Part shown: positions 8,599-17,953 of the stretch, piece after piece
Position numbering within the stretch: position 1 is the first letter of the stretch
Layout: each line of letters starts with the position of its first letter
Origin: Actinomycetota bacterium
GTDB taxonomy: Bacteria > Actinomycetota > Acidimicrobiia > Acidimicrobiales > Ilumatobacteraceae
Length of the DNA: 64,000 bases
Reading direction: 5' to 3'
Assembly: GCA_041178405.1 (NCBI GenBank)
Contig: JBEGVK010000055.1
Location: 2,680-66,679 of the forward strand
Notes under the pieces: model-generated
The model's input: only the letters and a program-made list of their open reading frames with translations
Database searches by the model: none
What the model was told of the DNA's origin: nothing
Translations under genes and position numbers: made by a program

Positions 8599-9132
8599 AT
8601 GCCCGTGTACGCGCTCGGCGATGCCGTGCCCTCGATCCATCCCGATGCCTATGTGCACCCCGATGCCGTGATCATCGGCGATGTGCGAATTGGCGCCGAG
8701 GCGAGCATCTGGCCGGGTGCCGTACTGCGCGGCGACGAGGGTTACATCGCCATCGGCGAACGGACCAGTGTCCAGGACAACTGCGTCCTGCACACCACGC
8801 TCGAGCACGCCACCGTGGTCGGCGACGATTGCGTGATCGGCCACATGGTGCATCTCGAGGGCTGCACCATCGAACGTGGCTGCCTCATCGGCAACGCCAG
8901 TGTGGTACTGCACCGCGTCATCGTGCGCACCGGTGCGATCGTGGCGGCGAATGCAGTGGTGCTCGACGGCACCGAGGTGCCGACTGGGGCCCTCGCGGTC
9001 GGCACTCCCGCACAGGTGAAGGAGGGACGGGCGCGCAGCGCGATCATCGACGCTGGCGTTGTGTCGTATCGGCAGCGCGCAGCGCGCTATCGAGGTGAAC
9101 TTCGCCGTCTCGACGTCCCTTCCGGCTCATGA
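8599..9132 (+). CDS. gamma-carbonic-anhydrase-like hexapeptide-repeat protein (YrdA/PaaY family)
   Basis: ATG 8599 is in frame inside ORF-track 7996..9132. MPVYALGD...IHPDAYVHPDAVIIGDVRIGAEASIWPGAVLRGD shows left-handed beta-helix repeats. Confidence 0.85.
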   Translation: MPVYALGDAVPSIHPDAYVHPDAVIIGDVRIGAEASIWPGAVLRGDEGYIAIGERTSVQDNCVLHTTLEHATVVGDDCVIGHMVHLEGCTIERGCLIGNASVVLHRVIVRTGAIVAANAVVLDGTEVPTGALAVGTPAQVKEGRARSAIIDAGVVSYRQRAARYRGELRRLDVPSGS

Positions 9133-9977
9133 GGGCACTGGTGGTGACCGTCCCAGCGGCGCAGGCCGAGCTCGCAGCGGATGCGCTGTGGTCGCTCGGT
9201 GTCGCAGCCGTCGAGGAGCGAGCGGCTGGCGCGTCGCTGGTGGAGCTCTGGACATCGATCGGCGAGGGCGACCCCGAGAGCTCGGGCGCTGCGCGGGCGG
9301 CTGCGGCGCTCGGACCGCATGGGTGGGAATGGCGCTTCGCCGAGGTCGACGAGTCGGCCGCCCAGACGTGGCGCGCCTTTGCCCGACCCGTCGAGGCCGT
9401 CCCGGGGATCGTCGTCTCTCCGGCATGGCTTCCTGATGCGACATCGGCGGATTCCGGCGACGCGGCGTGCACGGTCATCTCCATCGAACCAGGCGCAGCG
9501 TTCGGGCTGGGCGACCACCCGACGACGAGGCTGGGCGTGCGGGGTCTCGCCGGCCATGTGCGACACGGCGACAGCGTGCTCGACGTGGGATGCGGCAGCG
9601 GCGTGCTGTCGGTCGTCGCCCTGCGCCTCGGCGCGCGTAGCGCAACGGCAGTCGACATCGCCGACGCGGCAGTCGAGGCAACGCTGCACAACGCCCGTCT
9701 GAACGGCGTGGAGATCGACGTGTCGACCATGCCGCTCGCCGCGATCGGTGGCGTGTACGACGTCGTCGTCGCCAACATCCTGGCGCCGGTTCTGGTCGAC
9801 CTGGCCCCTGAGCTTCGCCGGGTGACCGGCCGGGTGCTGATCCTGAGCGGGGTGCTCGACGGCCGATTCGACCATGTCGTCGACGCACTGGCGCCCATGG
9901 AGATCGTCGATGTCGAGGTCCTCGAGGGCTGGGCGTCGATCGTGCTACGCGGCTGCTCGGCGCCCGCGTCCGGCTAG
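9129..9977 (+). CDS. prmA: ribosomal protein L11 methyltransferase
   Basis: ATGA overlap with the previous gene at 9129-9132. IEPGAAFGLGDHPTTRL and the SAM motif VLDVGCGSGVLSV are present. Confidence 0.75.
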   Translation: MRALVVTVPAAQAELAADALWSLGVAAVEERAAGASLVELWTSIGEGDPESSGAARAAAALGPHGWEWRFAEVDESAAQTWRAFARPVEAVPGIVVSPAWLPDATSADSGDAACTVISIEPGAAFGLGDHPTTRLGVRGLAGHVRHGDSVLDVGCGSGVLSVVALRLGARSATAVDIADAAVEATLHNARLNGVEIDVSTMPLAAIGGVYDVVVANILAPVLVDLAPELRRVTGRVLILSGVLDGRFDHVVDALAPMEIVDVEVLEGWASIVLRGCSAPASG

Positions 9978-11513
9978 CACGGCGAGCGCCGCGTTGCGTC
10001 CTGACGCACCCCATACGCCTGCGCCAGGAAAGGTCGCCGCTCCAGTGAGGAACAGGCCGCGAACCGAGGTCTCGTAGCGGGTGAGCTCGGGATCGCGAGA
10101 CCTGAAGGCGGCGAGCGGACCTCCGGCGAACGACGTGGCATGTCCATGCGGAAGGTGGAAGTCGCGCTCGTAGAGGTCGGGTGTCACTGCACGCCAGTCG
10201 AGGATTGACCTGCGGAAACTGTCGCGTCCGTCGAGTGTGAGGTCGCCGAAGAGGTCGAGCCATCTCGACGGCTCGGCACTCGCCGGCCAGCCGCCGGCCA
10301 GCGCATACGGCGTGAACAGTGCCTCGAGACTGAAGACATGCCGTCCGTCGGGGGCGAGACCGTGGTCGTCGATCGACGGTGTGTTGGCGAGGAACGCCGG
10401 AGCGCTCATCACGCGGCCCTGCTGCATGAGTCCGAAGGCGTCGTGCATCTGCGCGAGCGACGGGGCCACGACATGCGTCGATGCCGTCGGATCGGACATG
10501 CCCGCCGCCGCCGCAGCAGCAAGCACGGGTGCACGGTCGAGGACGACGTCGAGCTTCGACTCGTAGCCATCAGCGTGGGGGACGTTGCGCCAGCGCTCGA
10601 GCAGCGACGCAGCCTGTGGCGGGGGATTGCGGAGCCAGCGGAGGAACGTGTCGTGCGGATTGCATGCGCTGACGACCACATCGGCGGTGACCTCGGTGCC
10701 GTCGGCGAGCACGACACCCCTGACGCCGGGTCCCTCGCACGTGATCGCATGGACTGCCGTCGATGTCATCAGGACGCCGCCTGCCGAGCTGAACGAGGCC
10801 AGGAGCGTGCGCGGCACTTCTCCGCTGCCGCCCACCGGGCGGCCGACCGTACCGACGTGCCGGAACGCATACGTCAGCGCACCAAGGCCGGTCCCGGGGA
10901 ACTCGGGGGAGATGCCCCACACCATCGGCCCGATCACCATCGCCGGCGCCTGCAGCGCATCGGTGCGGAAGTACTCGCGCATGACGTCGGCGGCACTGCG
11001 GCGACTCCACCGCAGCAGCGTGGAAATGCCACGCCCACCCGCAGCAGCGGCCCGGGCAATGAGGCGGATCGGCCGCGGTGGCTCGCTTGCCGCCCCGACC
11101 ACGAGGCGTACGGCAGCGAGTGTGTCGTCGAGATACCTGCGATACCCGGCGACCTCTTCCGGATGCGACCGCCCGATCGAGTCGAGCGTCGCCTCGACCG
11201 AGTGGTGACTCGTCCAGGCCGGACCTCCCGACCACGCCATGTTGACCTGCGATGGCTCGACATCGATGTATCGCAGACCGTGGTCGGCGAGGCCCAGCTC
11301 GTCGATGATCGGCGTCGTGCGGAACGTCAGGTGGTCGCAGTTGCAGATGTTCACTGTCGCTCCCGAGAACATCTCGCTGGAGGCAGTGCCGCCGACAGTT
11401 GATCGAGCCTCGACGAGCAGCGTCCTGCGCCCCGCTCGCGCGAGATATGCGGCGCAGACCAGTCCGTTGTGGCCGCCGCCGATGACGATTGCGTCGTAGT
11501 CGCGTCTGGACAT
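9945..11513 (-). CDS. FAD-dependent oxidoreductase, phytoene-desaturase (CrtI-like) family
   Basis: The dinucleotide-binding N-terminus is YDAIVIGGGHNGLVCAAYLARAGRRTLLVEARSTVGG. The start is ATG 11513, or GTG 11540 as in the ORF track. The 3' end overlaps the prmA 3' end by 33 nt (convergent). Confidence 0.85.
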   Translation of the reverse strand: MSRRDYDAIVIGGGHNGLVCAAYLARAGRRTLLVEARSTVGGTASSEMFSGATVNICNCDHLTFRTTPIIDELGLADHGLRYIDVEPSQVNMAWSGGPAWTSHHSVEATLDSIGRSHPEEVAGYRRYLDDTLAAVRLVVGAASEPPRPIRLIARAAAAGGRGISTLLRWSRRSAADVMREYFRTDALQAPAMVIGPMVWGISPEFPGTGLGALTYAFRHVGTVGRPVGGSGEVPRTLLASFSSAGGVLMTSTAVHAITCEGPGVRGVVLADGTEVTADVVVSACNPHDTFLRWLRNPPPQAASLLERWRNVPHADGYESKLDVVLDRAPVLAAAAAAGMSDPTASTHVVAPSLAQMHDAFGLMQQGRVMSAPAFLANTPSIDDHGLAPDGRHVFSLEALFTPYALAGGWPASAEPSRWLDLFGDLTLDGRDSFRRSILDWRAVTPDLYERDFHLPHGHATSFAGGPLAAFRSRDPELTRYETSVRGLFLTGAATFPGAGVWGASGRNAALAVLAGRGRRAAA

Positions 11514-11560
11514 GGGGGCATTCTGGCCGACCGGCCGCACGCGACGGGTAACGTGCGGCC

Positions 11561-12343
11561 GTGAGCAGGTCTCGCTACTTCCCGGATCTCTCGGCGCCCC
11601 TTGTCGCCGAGCTTCTCACTGAGCGGAGCATCCTGGTGCAGCCGCTCGGCGCCATCGAGCAGCATGGGCCGCACCTGCCGCTCAGCACTGACAGCGTCGT
11701 CGCCGCCGCAGTCGCCGAGGCAGCTGTCGAACGGGTCGGCGAGGAGCTCGACGTCTGGCTGCTCCCCACCCTCGAGTACACGAAGAGCAACGAGCACGCG
11801 TGGAGCGCCGGCACCATCTGGCTGTCGGCAACAACGCTGCTTGCCGTCCTCGACGATCTTGGCCGCTGCGTCGCGACGACGCCGGCGCGCCGACTGGTCT
11901 TCCTCAACGGCCACGGCGGCAACAGCGCACTCGTGAACGTCGCAAACCGCGAGCTGCGACTCGCACACGGGCTGATGACCTTTCTCGCTCATCCCGGCGT
12001 GCCGCCCGACCAAGGTGGGGTCTCTCCAGCGTCAGAGCTCGGCATGGGTGTGCACGGAGGCACTGACGAGACATCGATCATGCTCCATCTGGCACCCCAC
12101 CTGGTCGACATGTCGAAGGCCGAGCGGCGAGTGCCCGAGTGGCTCGCCGACAACCGGTACGTTCGCTTCGGCGGACGAGTGAGCTTCGGCTGGCTCAGCA
12201 ACGACTTCTCGCCCGACGGCTACATCGGCGATCCCACCGCAGCGACCGCCGAACTGGGCGCAACGCTCTTCGAGGGTGCCGTGACGGCCTTCTGTGAGGC
12301 GCTGGCCGAGATCGCCCTCTTCGATCCAGGTCGACGCGCATGA
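11561..12343 (+). CDS. creatininase-family amidohydrolase
   Basis: LGAIEQHGPHLPLSTD and NGHGGN motifs are present. GTG 11561 follows TAACGT (11549-11554) by 6 nt, so a leaderless start is possible. Confidence 0.85.
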   Translation: MSRSRYFPDLSAPLVAELLTERSILVQPLGAIEQHGPHLPLSTDSVVAAAVAEAAVERVGEELDVWLLPTLEYTKSNEHAWSAGTIWLSATTLLAVLDDLGRCVATTPARRLVFLNGHGGNSALVNVANRELRLAHGLMTFLAHPGVPPDQGGVSPASELGMGVHGGTDETSIMLHLAPHLVDMSKAERRVPEWLADNRYVRFGGRVSFGWLSNDFSPDGYIGDPTAATAELGATLFEGAVTAFCEALAEIALFDPGRRA

Positions 12344-13614
12344 CCACGCCGGCTTCCGCCGATGCCCGTCACTCGCTGAGGATCGACGGCGCACGCCTGT
12401 GGCGGCGTCTCGAGGCACTGGGCGATATCGGCGCAGTCCACGGGCCGAACGGCGAGCGGGGCAGCGCTCGGCTCGCCCTGACCGACGCCGACCGCATGGG
12501 ACGAGACCTCGTGGTGACGTGGATGCGCGACCTCGGCATGACGGTCGACGTCGATCGCATTGGCAACGTCATTGCTCATCACGCAGGAAGCGATCCAGAT
12601 GCGGCACCGGTGATGATGGGCTCGCACATCGACACTGTTCGCACCGGCGGTTGGTTCGATGGCAATCTCGGTGTGCTGGGCGGTCTCGAGGTCGTCGAGA
12701 CGCTCATCGACGCCGGCATCACCACACGCCATCCCCTCGCGGTCGGGGTGTTCACCAACGAAGAGGGGGCCCGATTCGCGCCGGACATGCTCGGAAGCCT
12801 CGTGTATGTCGGCGGCATGGGACTCGAGGCGGCGCTCGACGTGCGCGCTGCCGACGACGGGGCGCGCCTCGGCGACGAGCTCGAACGGATCGGATACAGC
12901 GGATCCACACCGTGCCCGACGCAGCGGTCTCCGTACGCCTTCGTCGAACTGCACATCGAGCAGGGGCCGGTGCTCGAGGACGAGGACGTCACCATCGGCG
13001 TCGTCACCGGCGTACAGGGAATCTCGTGGACCGAACTCACCCTGACGGGGCAGTCGGCGCACGCCGGCACGACGCCGATGCGGCTCCGACGCGACCCGGG
13101 CCTCGTCGCGGCCGAGATCGCCGTCGGGGTTCGGCGGATTGCTGCGGAGATGGGTGGCGCACAGGTGGCCACGGTCGGCCGGCTGGAACTGAGGCCGAAC
13201 CTGGTGAACGTGGTGCCTGCCTCGGTGGTGATGACCGTCGACCTTCGCAACACCGACGAGGGTCTGCTGCAGGAGGCGGAGCGTCAGTTCGTGCGTCTCT
13301 GCGACGAGGCCGCACTCAGCGAAGGCGTCGCCGTCGAGCGCCGCCCACTGGCGCGATTCGAGCCCGTCGAATTCGAGGCCTCGATGATCGAACGGGTCGA
13401 GCACCATGCGATCGCCCTCGGGCATACGTCACGGCGGATGCCGTCCGGCGCCGGCCACGACGCGCAGATGCTCGCCCGCGTGTGCCCCACTGCGATGATC
13501 TTCGTACCGAGTGTCAACGGCCTGTCGCACAACATCGCCGAGTACACCAAGCCCGAGCACATTCAGGCCGGTGGCGACGTGCTGCTGCAGACCGTGCTCT
13601 CGCTGGCCGGCTAG
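12340..13614 (+). CDS. M20 Zn-dependent amidase, hydantoinase/carbamoylase (allantoate amidohydrolase / N-carbamoyl-amino-acid hydrolase) family
   Basis: ATGA overlap with the creatininase gene at 12340-12343. GSHIDTVRTGGWFDGNLGVLGGLE and the C-terminal SGAGHDAQ are characteristic. Confidence 0.85.
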   Translation: MTTPASADARHSLRIDGARLWRRLEALGDIGAVHGPNGERGSARLALTDADRMGRDLVVTWMRDLGMTVDVDRIGNVIAHHAGSDPDAAPVMMGSHIDTVRTGGWFDGNLGVLGGLEVVETLIDAGITTRHPLAVGVFTNEEGARFAPDMLGSLVYVGGMGLEAALDVRAADDGARLGDELERIGYSGSTPCPTQRSPYAFVELHIEQGPVLEDEDVTIGVVTGVQGISWTELTLTGQSAHAGTTPMRLRRDPGLVAAEIAVGVRRIAAEMGGAQVATVGRLELRPNLVNVVPASVVMTVDLRNTDEGLLQEAERQFVRLCDEAALSEGVAVERRPLARFEPVEFEASMIERVEHHAIALGHTSRRMPSGAGHDAQMLARVCPTAMIFVPSVNGLSHNIAEYTKPEHIQAGGDVLLQTVLSLAG

Positions 13615-13632
13615 GCCTACCCACGACGCGAC

Positions 13633-13660
13633 GAGGGGGCCGGCATTCGCCGGCCCCCTC
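13633..13660. terminator. perfect 12-bp stem / 4-nt loop hairpin between convergent genes
   Basis: GAGGGGGCCGGC-ATTC-GCCGGCCCCCTC lies between the stop at 13614 (+) and the stop at 13688 (-). There is no U-tract, as is common in high-GC actinobacteria. Confidence 0.5.
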
Positions 13661-13687
13661 GCAACGTGCACTCAGGCGACGGGCGGG

Positions 13688-14806
13688 TCAGCGACCCGGT
13701 GCGCCCTCGCAGTACTGGTTGTCGAACAGTCCCTCGATGCTGTCATTGATCTCGACACCCTGCTCGGCGTAGATCGGGGCCAGCAGGTCGTACATCGCCT
13801 GCACCTTGCCCGGGTCGAGCGAGCAGTACGTGCCGTCGGGGCTGTTGGCGCCGATCCCCTTCTCCTCGAGCAGCGCGATGCCAGCGGCATTGAGCTCCTT
13901 GCTGAGGCCCCAGAATCCGTCGTGGGTGGCGTTGATCTCGATCATTGCGTCCATGACAGGAGTGGGGTCGTTGTAGAAGTCGATCCAGGCCTGGGCCATC
14001 TTCGGCACGAGCAGCTTCAGGCAGTCCGAGAGCTCGGCGGCCTTGGCCTGCGTCATCGTGATGGCAGCGGGGTAGTTGTCGAACCCGATCTCGCCAACGG
14101 TGTAGAACGAGACGTCAGCAGGCGCCCCGTCCTTCCAGGCGATCTCGTTCTCGTACTTGTACACCTCGTTGGTGGCAAAGCCCTGCTGGAAGATCGAGCC
14201 TGACTCGGCGACCCACTTGGCGTCCGAGCCGTCGTAGCTCGGGTTGCTCTGCTCGGCAGTCATGTAGCCCTTGCCGATCATGTAGTCGATGTACGACACG
14301 CCGGGGAAGTGCAGCACCGTTGCGCCGGTGCCGGCAATGTCCTCAGGCTTCTGGATGTCGTACTGGGCCGGGTCCCACATCACCATCTGCGGGTCCTTGT
14401 CGAGCGTCTTCATGATTGCCACGAGCCCGAGCGAGGACTCCTTGATCACGTCGGCGATGCCGATGTACGCCATGTCGGCTTCGCCGTCGACGAGCACCGA
14501 GCTGTTGGCCTTGTCGAACTTGATCGTGGTGATCTCGATCTCCTTCAGGCCGCCAACGGCGTACTGCTCCTGCACGGCGCCGCGGTACGACACCGTGGCC
14601 TTGTCGGCGGTGCCGTTCGGGCCGATGAGCTGGTAGGTGCCGCCATGCTCGAGCTCGGGGAACCAGTCGGTCTGGATCGTCAGCTTCTCCGGGCACACGT
14701 TGCCGCCGTCGCCGCCGTCGCCGCCCTCGTCACCGCCGCCGCACGCGACGGCAAATGATCCGAGGGCTACGACCGCGAGTACTGCGGTGCTCCTGCTTGC
14801 CTTCAT
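13688..14806 (-). CDS. ABC transporter substrate-binding lipoprotein, NMT1/ThiY (NitT/TauT) type
   Basis: The signal and lipobox are MKASRSTAVLAVVALGSFAVAC. TDWFPELEHGG is like NMT1/THI5-type binding proteins. GGGGAGGA precedes the ATG by 6 nt. Confidence 0.85.
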   Translation of the reverse strand: MKASRSTAVLAVVALGSFAVACGGGDEGGDGGDGGNVCPEKLTIQTDWFPELEHGGTYQLIGPNGTADKATVSYRGAVQEQYAVGGLKEIEITTIKFDKANSSVLVDGEADMAYIGIADVIKESSLGLVAIMKTLDKDPQMVMWDPAQYDIQKPEDIAGTGATVLHFPGVSYIDYMIGKGYMTAEQSNPSYDGSDAKWVAESGSIFQQGFATNEVYKYENEIAWKDGAPADVSFYTVGEIGFDNYPAAITMTQAKAAELSDCLKLLVPKMAQAWIDFYNDPTPVMDAMIEINATHDGFWGLSKELNAAGIALLEEKGIGANSPDGTYCSLDPGKVQAMYDLLAPIYAEQGVEINDSIEGLFDNQYCEGAPGR

Positions 14807-14845
14807 GTATGTCCTCCCCTTGGTGGTTGTGGTGACCAGTGATGG

Positions 14846-15751
14846 CTACGAGCGCTTGCGGGCTGACTCGTGCCAGTTACGGATGGCCCTGGTCGTGATC
14901 CATCCGACGATCAGGAACATCACGACGCCGAACACCGACGCAACGATGGTCCCGGCGAACATCTCCGGCCGCTCCGACGCCTTCTGCTGGCGCGTGCGGA
15001 TGTAGTAGCCGATGCCCTTGTCGCCCTTGACGAAGAAGAAGTCGGCGACGATTGATCCGATGACGGCGCCGCCTGAGGCGATGCGCACGCCGGTCATCAT
15101 GGCGGGGAGAGCGCTCGGCAGTTCGAGCTTCCAGAGCCGGGTCATGCGGCTCACGCTGTTGAGCGTGAAGAGGTCGTGGTAGAGGTGATCCGTCGACTGG
15201 AGGCCGAATAGCGTGTTGGTGATCACCGGGAAGATGGCAATGAGAATCGTCACCACGAGCCGAACGCCGAGTTCCTCGCCGAACAGCTGGGTGAGCAGTG
15301 GGGTGATGGCGAGGATGGGCACCGTCTGCAGCACGACGGCGTAGGGGAAGAACGCTCGCTCGAGCCCCTTCGAGAGATTCATGACGACGGCGAACAGGGT
15401 TCCCATGATCACGGCAATCGCCAGTCCGAGCAGGGTGACCTTCACGGTCGGCCACATGTACCCGAGGATCGGCCGGAGCCCATTGACGGCGTCGGTGATC
15501 GGCAGGAAGCCGTCGGTGACCACTTCGTGTGGGAACGGCAGCGCATTGCGGCGCTGCGTGTCGTTGTCGAAGTTGAAGGCGCTGTACAGGTACCAGGCGC
15601 CGATGAACGCAACGAAGGTGATGATCGGCGGGATCAGGGTCGCGATCCGCGACTCGCCTCGCTCGCTTCCGTGCGCGACTGCCGGCGCTGGGGCGGCGTC
15701 GAGATCGTCGAGTCCGTCCGGCATGCGGGTGGCCTCGTGCAGCGCGGTCAT
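14846..15751 (-). CDS. ABC transporter permease (NitT/TauT type)
   Basis: Trimmed from ORF-track 14846..16360 to ATG 15751, which overlaps the ATPase stop (ATGA). The protein has multiple hydrophobic helices and a binding-protein-dependent permease core. Confidence 0.85.
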   Translation of the reverse strand: MTALHEATRMPDGLDDLDAAPAPAVAHGSERGESRIATLIPPIITFVAFIGAWYLYSAFNFDNDTQRRNALPFPHEVVTDGFLPITDAVNGLRPILGYMWPTVKVTLLGLAIAVIMGTLFAVVMNLSKGLERAFFPYAVVLQTVPILAITPLLTQLFGEELGVRLVVTILIAIFPVITNTLFGLQSTDHLYHDLFTLNSVSRMTRLWKLELPSALPAMMTGVRIASGGAVIGSIVADFFFVKGDKGIGYYIRTRQQKASERPEMFAGTIVASVFGVVMFLIVGWITTRAIRNWHESARKRS

Positions 15752-16533
15752 GAGTGTGCATCCTTCAGATCGGCGCTGATCTTGCCGCAGAGTTCTGCGA
15801 ACTCTGCCTCGTAGCGCAGGTCGTGCCGGCGGGGGAATGGGAACGGCACGGCGTAGTCGCCGATGATCCGTCCTGGCCGCGCCGACATCACGATGACCCT
15901 CGTCGACAGGTACACCGCCTCCTGGATGCTGTGGGTGATGAACAGGCCCGCAAATCGCTCGGTCTGGAACAGGCTGAGCAGTTCGTCGTTGAGGCGCTCG
16001 CGCGTGATCTCGTCGAGCGCTCCGAATGGCTCGTCGAACAGGAAGACCTTGGGACGCAGCACGAGCGACCGCGCCAGTGAGCAGCGCATCTTCATGCCAC
16101 CCGAGAGCTGCTTGGGATACTTGTTCTCGTGACCGACCAGGTTGACGAGCTCGATGGCCTGCTGTGCCGCTGTGGCTCGCTCGTCCTTGCCCATGCCCTG
16201 CAGCTCGGCATTGAGCTCGACATTGCGGCGCACGGTGCGCCACGGAAGGAGCGTGGGATCCTGGAAGACGTAGCCGATGCTCGATCGGTCGACGTCGCAC
16301 GTGCCGCCGGTGTGGGGCTGCAGCCCGGACGCGATGCGCAGCAGCGTGCTCTTGCCGCACCCTGAGGGGCCGACGACGGTGACGAACTCACCGGAGCGCA
16401 CGTCGAAGCTCACGTTGTCGACGGCGTGCGTGCCGTCGGGGAACACCATCGACAGGCCGCGGAAGCTCAGCAGGGCCCCGCTGGCCGGCGGTGAACCGGT
16501 ACCGCTCGGCGAACTGACCGTCGACGTCATCAT
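15748..16533 (-). CDS. ABC transporter ATP-binding protein
   Basis: Walker A GPSGCGKST, signature LSGGMKMR and Walker B VFLFDEP are present. AGGGGGA directly precedes ATGATG at 16533/16530; the ORF-track start 16581 is further upstream. Confidence 0.85.
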   Translation of the reverse strand: MMTSTVSSPSGTGSPPASGALLSFRGLSMVFPDGTHAVDNVSFDVRSGEFVTVVGPSGCGKSTLLRIASGLQPHTGGTCDVDRSSIGYVFQDPTLLPWRTVRRNVELNAELQGMGKDERATAAQQAIELVNLVGHENKYPKQLSGGMKMRCSLARSLVLRPKVFLFDEPFGALDEITRERLNDELLSLFQTERFAGLFITHSIQEAVYLSTRVIVMSARPGRIIGDYAVPFPFPRRHDLRYEAEFAELCGKISADLKDAHS

Positions 16534-16679
16534 TCCCCCTGACCATACGACACCGCCGTGGTGGCGCTGTGCCTTCCCCATGTCTGCTGCGTGAACTTTT
16601 TGTCCGATCGGCCGGGTCCTGCAGGCACGTCAGCGACTACCAGAACCTAGCCGCGCCGTGGGGGCCGCGAGTGCCGCCG

Positions 16680-17885
16680 TCATGGGCCCGTGGGCGGCAC
16701 GAGCACTCCCGCCCTGATGACAGTCCGCCGAGTCGGCGCCTCGGCGATCGCCTGGCGGATCGTGCGGGCTGGCAGGGCGACAAGGTCGGCAGCATCGCCC
16801 GGCGACGTGCCGGCCGGGCGGAGGCGCATCGCCCTGCGTACGCAGTTCGACACGGCGGAGAACGCGTCGTCGGGCAGTTGGTGCGCTGCCATGACCATCA
16901 GCGCCGCAGTCTCGAGGCAGTCACCACGACCCATCGGATTGAACGGGTCCTGCAAGTTGTCCCAGCCTGCCGCCACGTTCACCCCGCCCGACCGGAGCAC
17001 TGACACCGGCGCGATTGCCCGGGGTACCGCGTGCGGGTGCTCACGACCCTGCAGGTAGAGGTTCGACGACGGCAGTGCAACCACGTTGACGTCAGCCTCG
17101 GCGAGCATCGCCGCGATCCGCTGCTGCGCTGCAACCGGCATCATCGACAGGCTGACGCAGTGACTGGCGGTGACACTCTCGCTGAATCCGGTCGCACGTA
17201 CCCGCTCGGCGAGCAGCGCGAGCGTCGACCGATCAGGATCGGTGTGCTCGTCGGTGTGGAGATCGACGGGCACCCCGCAGTCGGCTGCGATCGCCAGGAA
17301 CTCCTCGAGTGCCGATTCTGGCGACGGGTCGAGATGCGGGCACCCGCCGACCAGGTCGGCGCCGGCCGCGAGCGCGTCGCGGAGCCTGGAGCGCTGGTCG
17401 GCGCCCTCGGCCCCGCAGATCGGCCAGTCGGAGAGCGCCACGATCTCGATGTCGACGACGTCGCTGACCCGACGTCGGGCCTCGACGACGCCCTGCAGCG
17501 CAGCGAGGCCGTTGTCGTGCCGCACATCGACGTGCGTGCGGATGTGCGTGGCGCCGTGCCGGGCAATGGTGCGGGCCGCCCGCTCGGCACGATCAGCGGT
17601 GCCGTCGACAGTGATGAGATGGGCGTGTCGCATGATGCCGTCGATTGCGCCCATCAGGTCGCCGGAGGGATTCGGCACCAGTTCCGACAGGTAGGCCTTG
17701 TCGAGGTGGGCGTGCGCTTCGGCCATGGCGGGCAGCAGGAGGTCGCCCCCGAGATCGTGGACGACGTCGCCCGCCGCCGGCGTCCCGCCGTGGGCCACGA
17801 CCACGCCGTCGACGATGCGCACTCCGCAGGTGGTGCCGTCGGCGAGCAGTGCATTGCTGAGGAAGAGAGGTGGAACGCCGTGCAT
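16680..17885 (-). CDS. amidohydrolase-superfamily deaminase (cytosine/creatinine deaminase CodA-like)
   Basis: Trimmed to ATG 17885 (MHGVPPLFLSNALL...). The metal motifs AEAHAHLDKAY and VDLHTDEHTD resemble CodA. Confidence 0.8.
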   Translation of the reverse strand: MHGVPPLFLSNALLADGTTCGVRIVDGVVVAHGGTPAAGDVVHDLGGDLLLPAMAEAHAHLDKAYLSELVPNPSGDLMGAIDGIMRHAHLITVDGTADRAERAARTIARHGATHIRTHVDVRHDNGLAALQGVVEARRRVSDVVDIEIVALSDWPICGAEGADQRSRLRDALAAGADLVGGCPHLDPSPESALEEFLAIAADCGVPVDLHTDEHTDPDRSTLALLAERVRATGFSESVTASHCVSLSMMPVAAQQRIAAMLAEADVNVVALPSSNLYLQGREHPHAVPRAIAPVSVLRSGGVNVAAGWDNLQDPFNPMGRGDCLETAALMVMAAHQLPDDAFSAVSNCVRRAMRLRPAGTSPGDAADLVALPARTIRQAIAEAPTRRTVIRAGVLVPPTGP

Positions 17886-17953
17886 GGTGCGAGGGTAGAG
17901 GCTCGGCATCACTCGCCCCGACGGGCGTCGCGACCACCGTCGAGAGCGATGCC

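Noticed and set aside
16534-16679. A TPP or other riboswitch upstream of the ThiY/NMT1-type ABC importer operon.
   Set aside because: No CUGAGA...ACCUGAUCUGGAUAAUGCCAGCG-type core or other recognisable aptamer is present. The operon also appears to continue from the upstream amidohydrolase gene.
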